NCBI GenBank assembly: GCA_963654425.1
Contig: CAVKAR010000002.1
Coordinates: 1,845 to 65,844 of the forward strand
Length of the DNA: 64,000 nucleotides
Direction of reading: 5' to 3'
Source of the DNA: Lachnospiraceae bacterium
GTDB taxonomy: Bacteria; Bacillota_I; Bacilli_A; RFN20; CAG-826
Of the stretch, positions 62,560-64,000 are shown one piece after another. Under the pieces are notes generated by a model. It had not been told where the DNA came from. It worked only from the letters and a program-made list of their open reading frames with translations, and searched no databases. Positions within the stretch are counted from its first letter, which is position 1. Every line of letters begins with the position of its first letter. Position numbers and translations under genes: made by a program.

Positions 62560-63549
62560 TTATTCCGAAGTTTCGGCTTGATTGGCGGAGCGTTTTTGCT
62601 CGCGCTTGATCAAGAGCCACATTAAAGAAGCTGATAAAAAGAAAAGCGTTCCCCCGATAAGGAATTGCCACCAACTGGAAGTAGAAGGCGTTACGTAAAC
62701 GCTATACATATCATTGTTCACGAACATTGAAACGACGCTGCCTGCCACAAAGCCCAAAACAACCTCAAAAGTGGGCACTTTGTGATTCGCCAAAAGCGAT
62801 TTCATGGCTTTCGATATGGCGAAGAAGCCAAGCAAGATCCCGACCATGAGCACCAAAATCAGGACGATACCAGATCCAATCCGTGAGCTATCTTCGAAAA
62901 TCGATGGATAGATGATGTTTCCGCTAGCGTCTCTTTCCGAGATGAAAATGCCGACAACCGGGTTATACAAACCGAAAATAAATAGAACCATAGAGCCAGA
63001 TATCCCAGGGATTAAGCAAGCAACAGCGGCAACGAAACCTATGATGAAGACGACAAAGAAGATCCACCAAGAAGAGAAAGGGTTCATAAAGGCGTCTTGG
63101 AAAGAGAAAACGCTCCACCCATATTTGGCGCTCAAGAAAGAGACAATGCCGATCGCAGAAGCGATAAGGAAGCCGATAGCAACACGCAACCAAGAAAACG
63201 CCGTCATCTTTTCGCCTCTTAATTCCGTCAAAATGACGGGCAAACCGCCAATCACAATCCCCGCTAAAACGCTGATCATGATGAAAGGGAAATACACACG
63301 CGCCACCTTTTGCCAAAATATCAGCAACGCAATAGCGGAGACGACGCAGCCCAAAGCCAGAGGCAGCAAAGCGCAAAATGACTTTCCGAATTTATGACGC
63401 AAGCCGTCTATGGAATCAATGAGTTTATCGTACACATGGACGATTATGCCGATGGTGCCTACGCTAACGCCAGGCAAAATGCCAAGGCCCAACGACATGC
63501 CTCTCGCAAAATCGGAAAACCAATCTTTCGCTTTCATAATGCCGTCCAT
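62560..63549 (-). CDS. DUF368-family membrane protein (PopT-like putative polyprenyl-phosphate transporter)
   Basis: Hydrophobic throughout. Start MDGIMKAKDWF. The longer listed ORF reads antisense into the flavodoxin gene with no RBS. Confidence 0.65.
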   Translation of the reverse strand: MDGIMKAKDWFSDFARGMSLGLGILPGVSVGTIGIIVHVYDKLIDSIDGLRHKFGKSFCALLPLALGCVVSAIALLIFWQKVARVYFPFIMISVLAGIVIGGLPVILTELRGEKMTAFSWLRVAIGFLIASAIGIVSFLSAKYGWSVFSFQDAFMNPFSSWWIFFVVFIIGFVAAVACLIPGISGSMVLFIFGLYNPVVGIFISERDASGNIIYPSIFEDSSRIGSGIVLILVLMVGILLGFFAISKAMKSLLANHKVPTFEVVLGFVAGSVVSMFVNNDMYSVYVTPSTSSWWQFLIGGTLFFLSASLMWLLIKREQKRSANQAETSE

Positions 63550-63600
63550 TGTACTACATAGCTTTCTTTTTTCGATAGATGTTTGTGATAAACTATCGCC

Positions 63601-64000
63601 ATGAAAAAAATACTGGTCCTTTACGAGAGCAACTGCGGCTCTACTGAAAAATATGCGAAAGACATCGCTAACGCAACGGGCGGAACCGCGATGCCGCTTA
63701 AGAAGTTCAAATGGAAAACAATCGACGATTACCAGATAGTGGTTTTTGGCGGTTGGGTCAATAACGGCGCCATTCAAGGCATCAACGATTTCCTTTACGA
63801 CTATGAAAACCGCCTCAAGGACAAAGACGTGATTGTCTTTAGCTGCGGCATGTCCATTCCTACCGACAAAGGAAGAAGGGAACTCATAGACCGAAATTAT
63901 CTGAGCCCATACCATATTCGCTACTACCAAGTGCGTGGATCTTTTTCCTTCAATAAGCTCAAATTCGTTCAGAAAATGATGATGAAAGCGTCAATCAAAA
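63601..64000 (+). CDS. Flavodoxin-like protein; the 3-prime end runs off the window
   Basis: MKKILVLYESNCGSTEKYAKDIA flavodoxin N-terminal signature. No stop before nt 64000. Confidence 0.6.
   Translation, partial: MKKILVLYESNCGSTEKYAKDIANATGGTAMPLKKFKWKTIDDYQIVVFGGWVNNGAIQGINDFLYDYENRLKDKDVIVFSCGMSIPTDKGRRELIDRNYLSPYHIRYYQVRGSFSFNKLKFVQKMMMKASIK

Noticed and set aside
62560-63930. Listed 456-aa ORF that looks like a fusion.
   Set aside because: The upstream 127 codons are the antisense of the flavodoxin gene with no RBS. The true DUF368 start is the internal MDGIMKAK.

Overview
This window is the chromosomal replication-origin region of a low-GC, Firmicutes/Mollicutes-like bacterium. TGA is a stop codon here and the sequence is about 40-45 percent GC. 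All calls below are made by eye from the sequence and the ORF track; none is a database result. On the minus strand there is a conserved block: dnaA, dnaN, yaaA, recF, gyrB, gyrA, then a glycosyltransferase, serS, an unannotated small SRP RNA (ffs) and tadA. This block diverges from rpmH, rnpA, yidC, jag/khpB, mnmE, tatD, rnmV, rsmA/ksgA and ispE on the plus strand. DnaA-box clusters lie upstream of dnaA and between dnaA and dnaN, with an AT-rich unwinding element, so the origin is bipartite. The left 13.6 kb is an accessory island. It holds a partial MMPL transporter, a Doc/Fic-like protein whose catalytic His is replaced by Gln, a 540-aa two-domain lipoprotein, and three tandem divergent AAA_14/DUF4143 ATPase paralogs. 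A roughly 230-bp degenerate direct repeat (decayed coding fragments) sits on either side of the third paralog, and an AbiEi-like wHTH protein plus an acidic orphan follow. Housekeeping genes come next: rlmD-family MTase, metG, rpmE, an MBL hydrolase, and tldD-pmbA. After them is a canonical Fic gene bracketed by TTCTCGTAA/TTACGAGAA palindromes. A tightly overlapped minus-strand gene string follows (ABC MacB-like, P-type ATPase, psuG, TetR, Fe-ADH, membrane protein). The right end carries ppdK, a GDP-heptose-type module (hddA kinase plus an hddC-gmhB fusion) with a divergent FGGY kinase, MscS, TetR, a DUF368 (PopT-like) membrane protein and a partial flavodoxin. No CRISPR, tRNA, rRNA or obvious integrase/transposase was found. 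The most unusual loci are listed first in the findings: the ATPase array with its repeats, the degenerate Doc/Fic protein and the Fic cassette with operator-like palindromes, the membrane-DUF2188 insertion between jag and mnmE, and the heptose module with the FGGY kinase.
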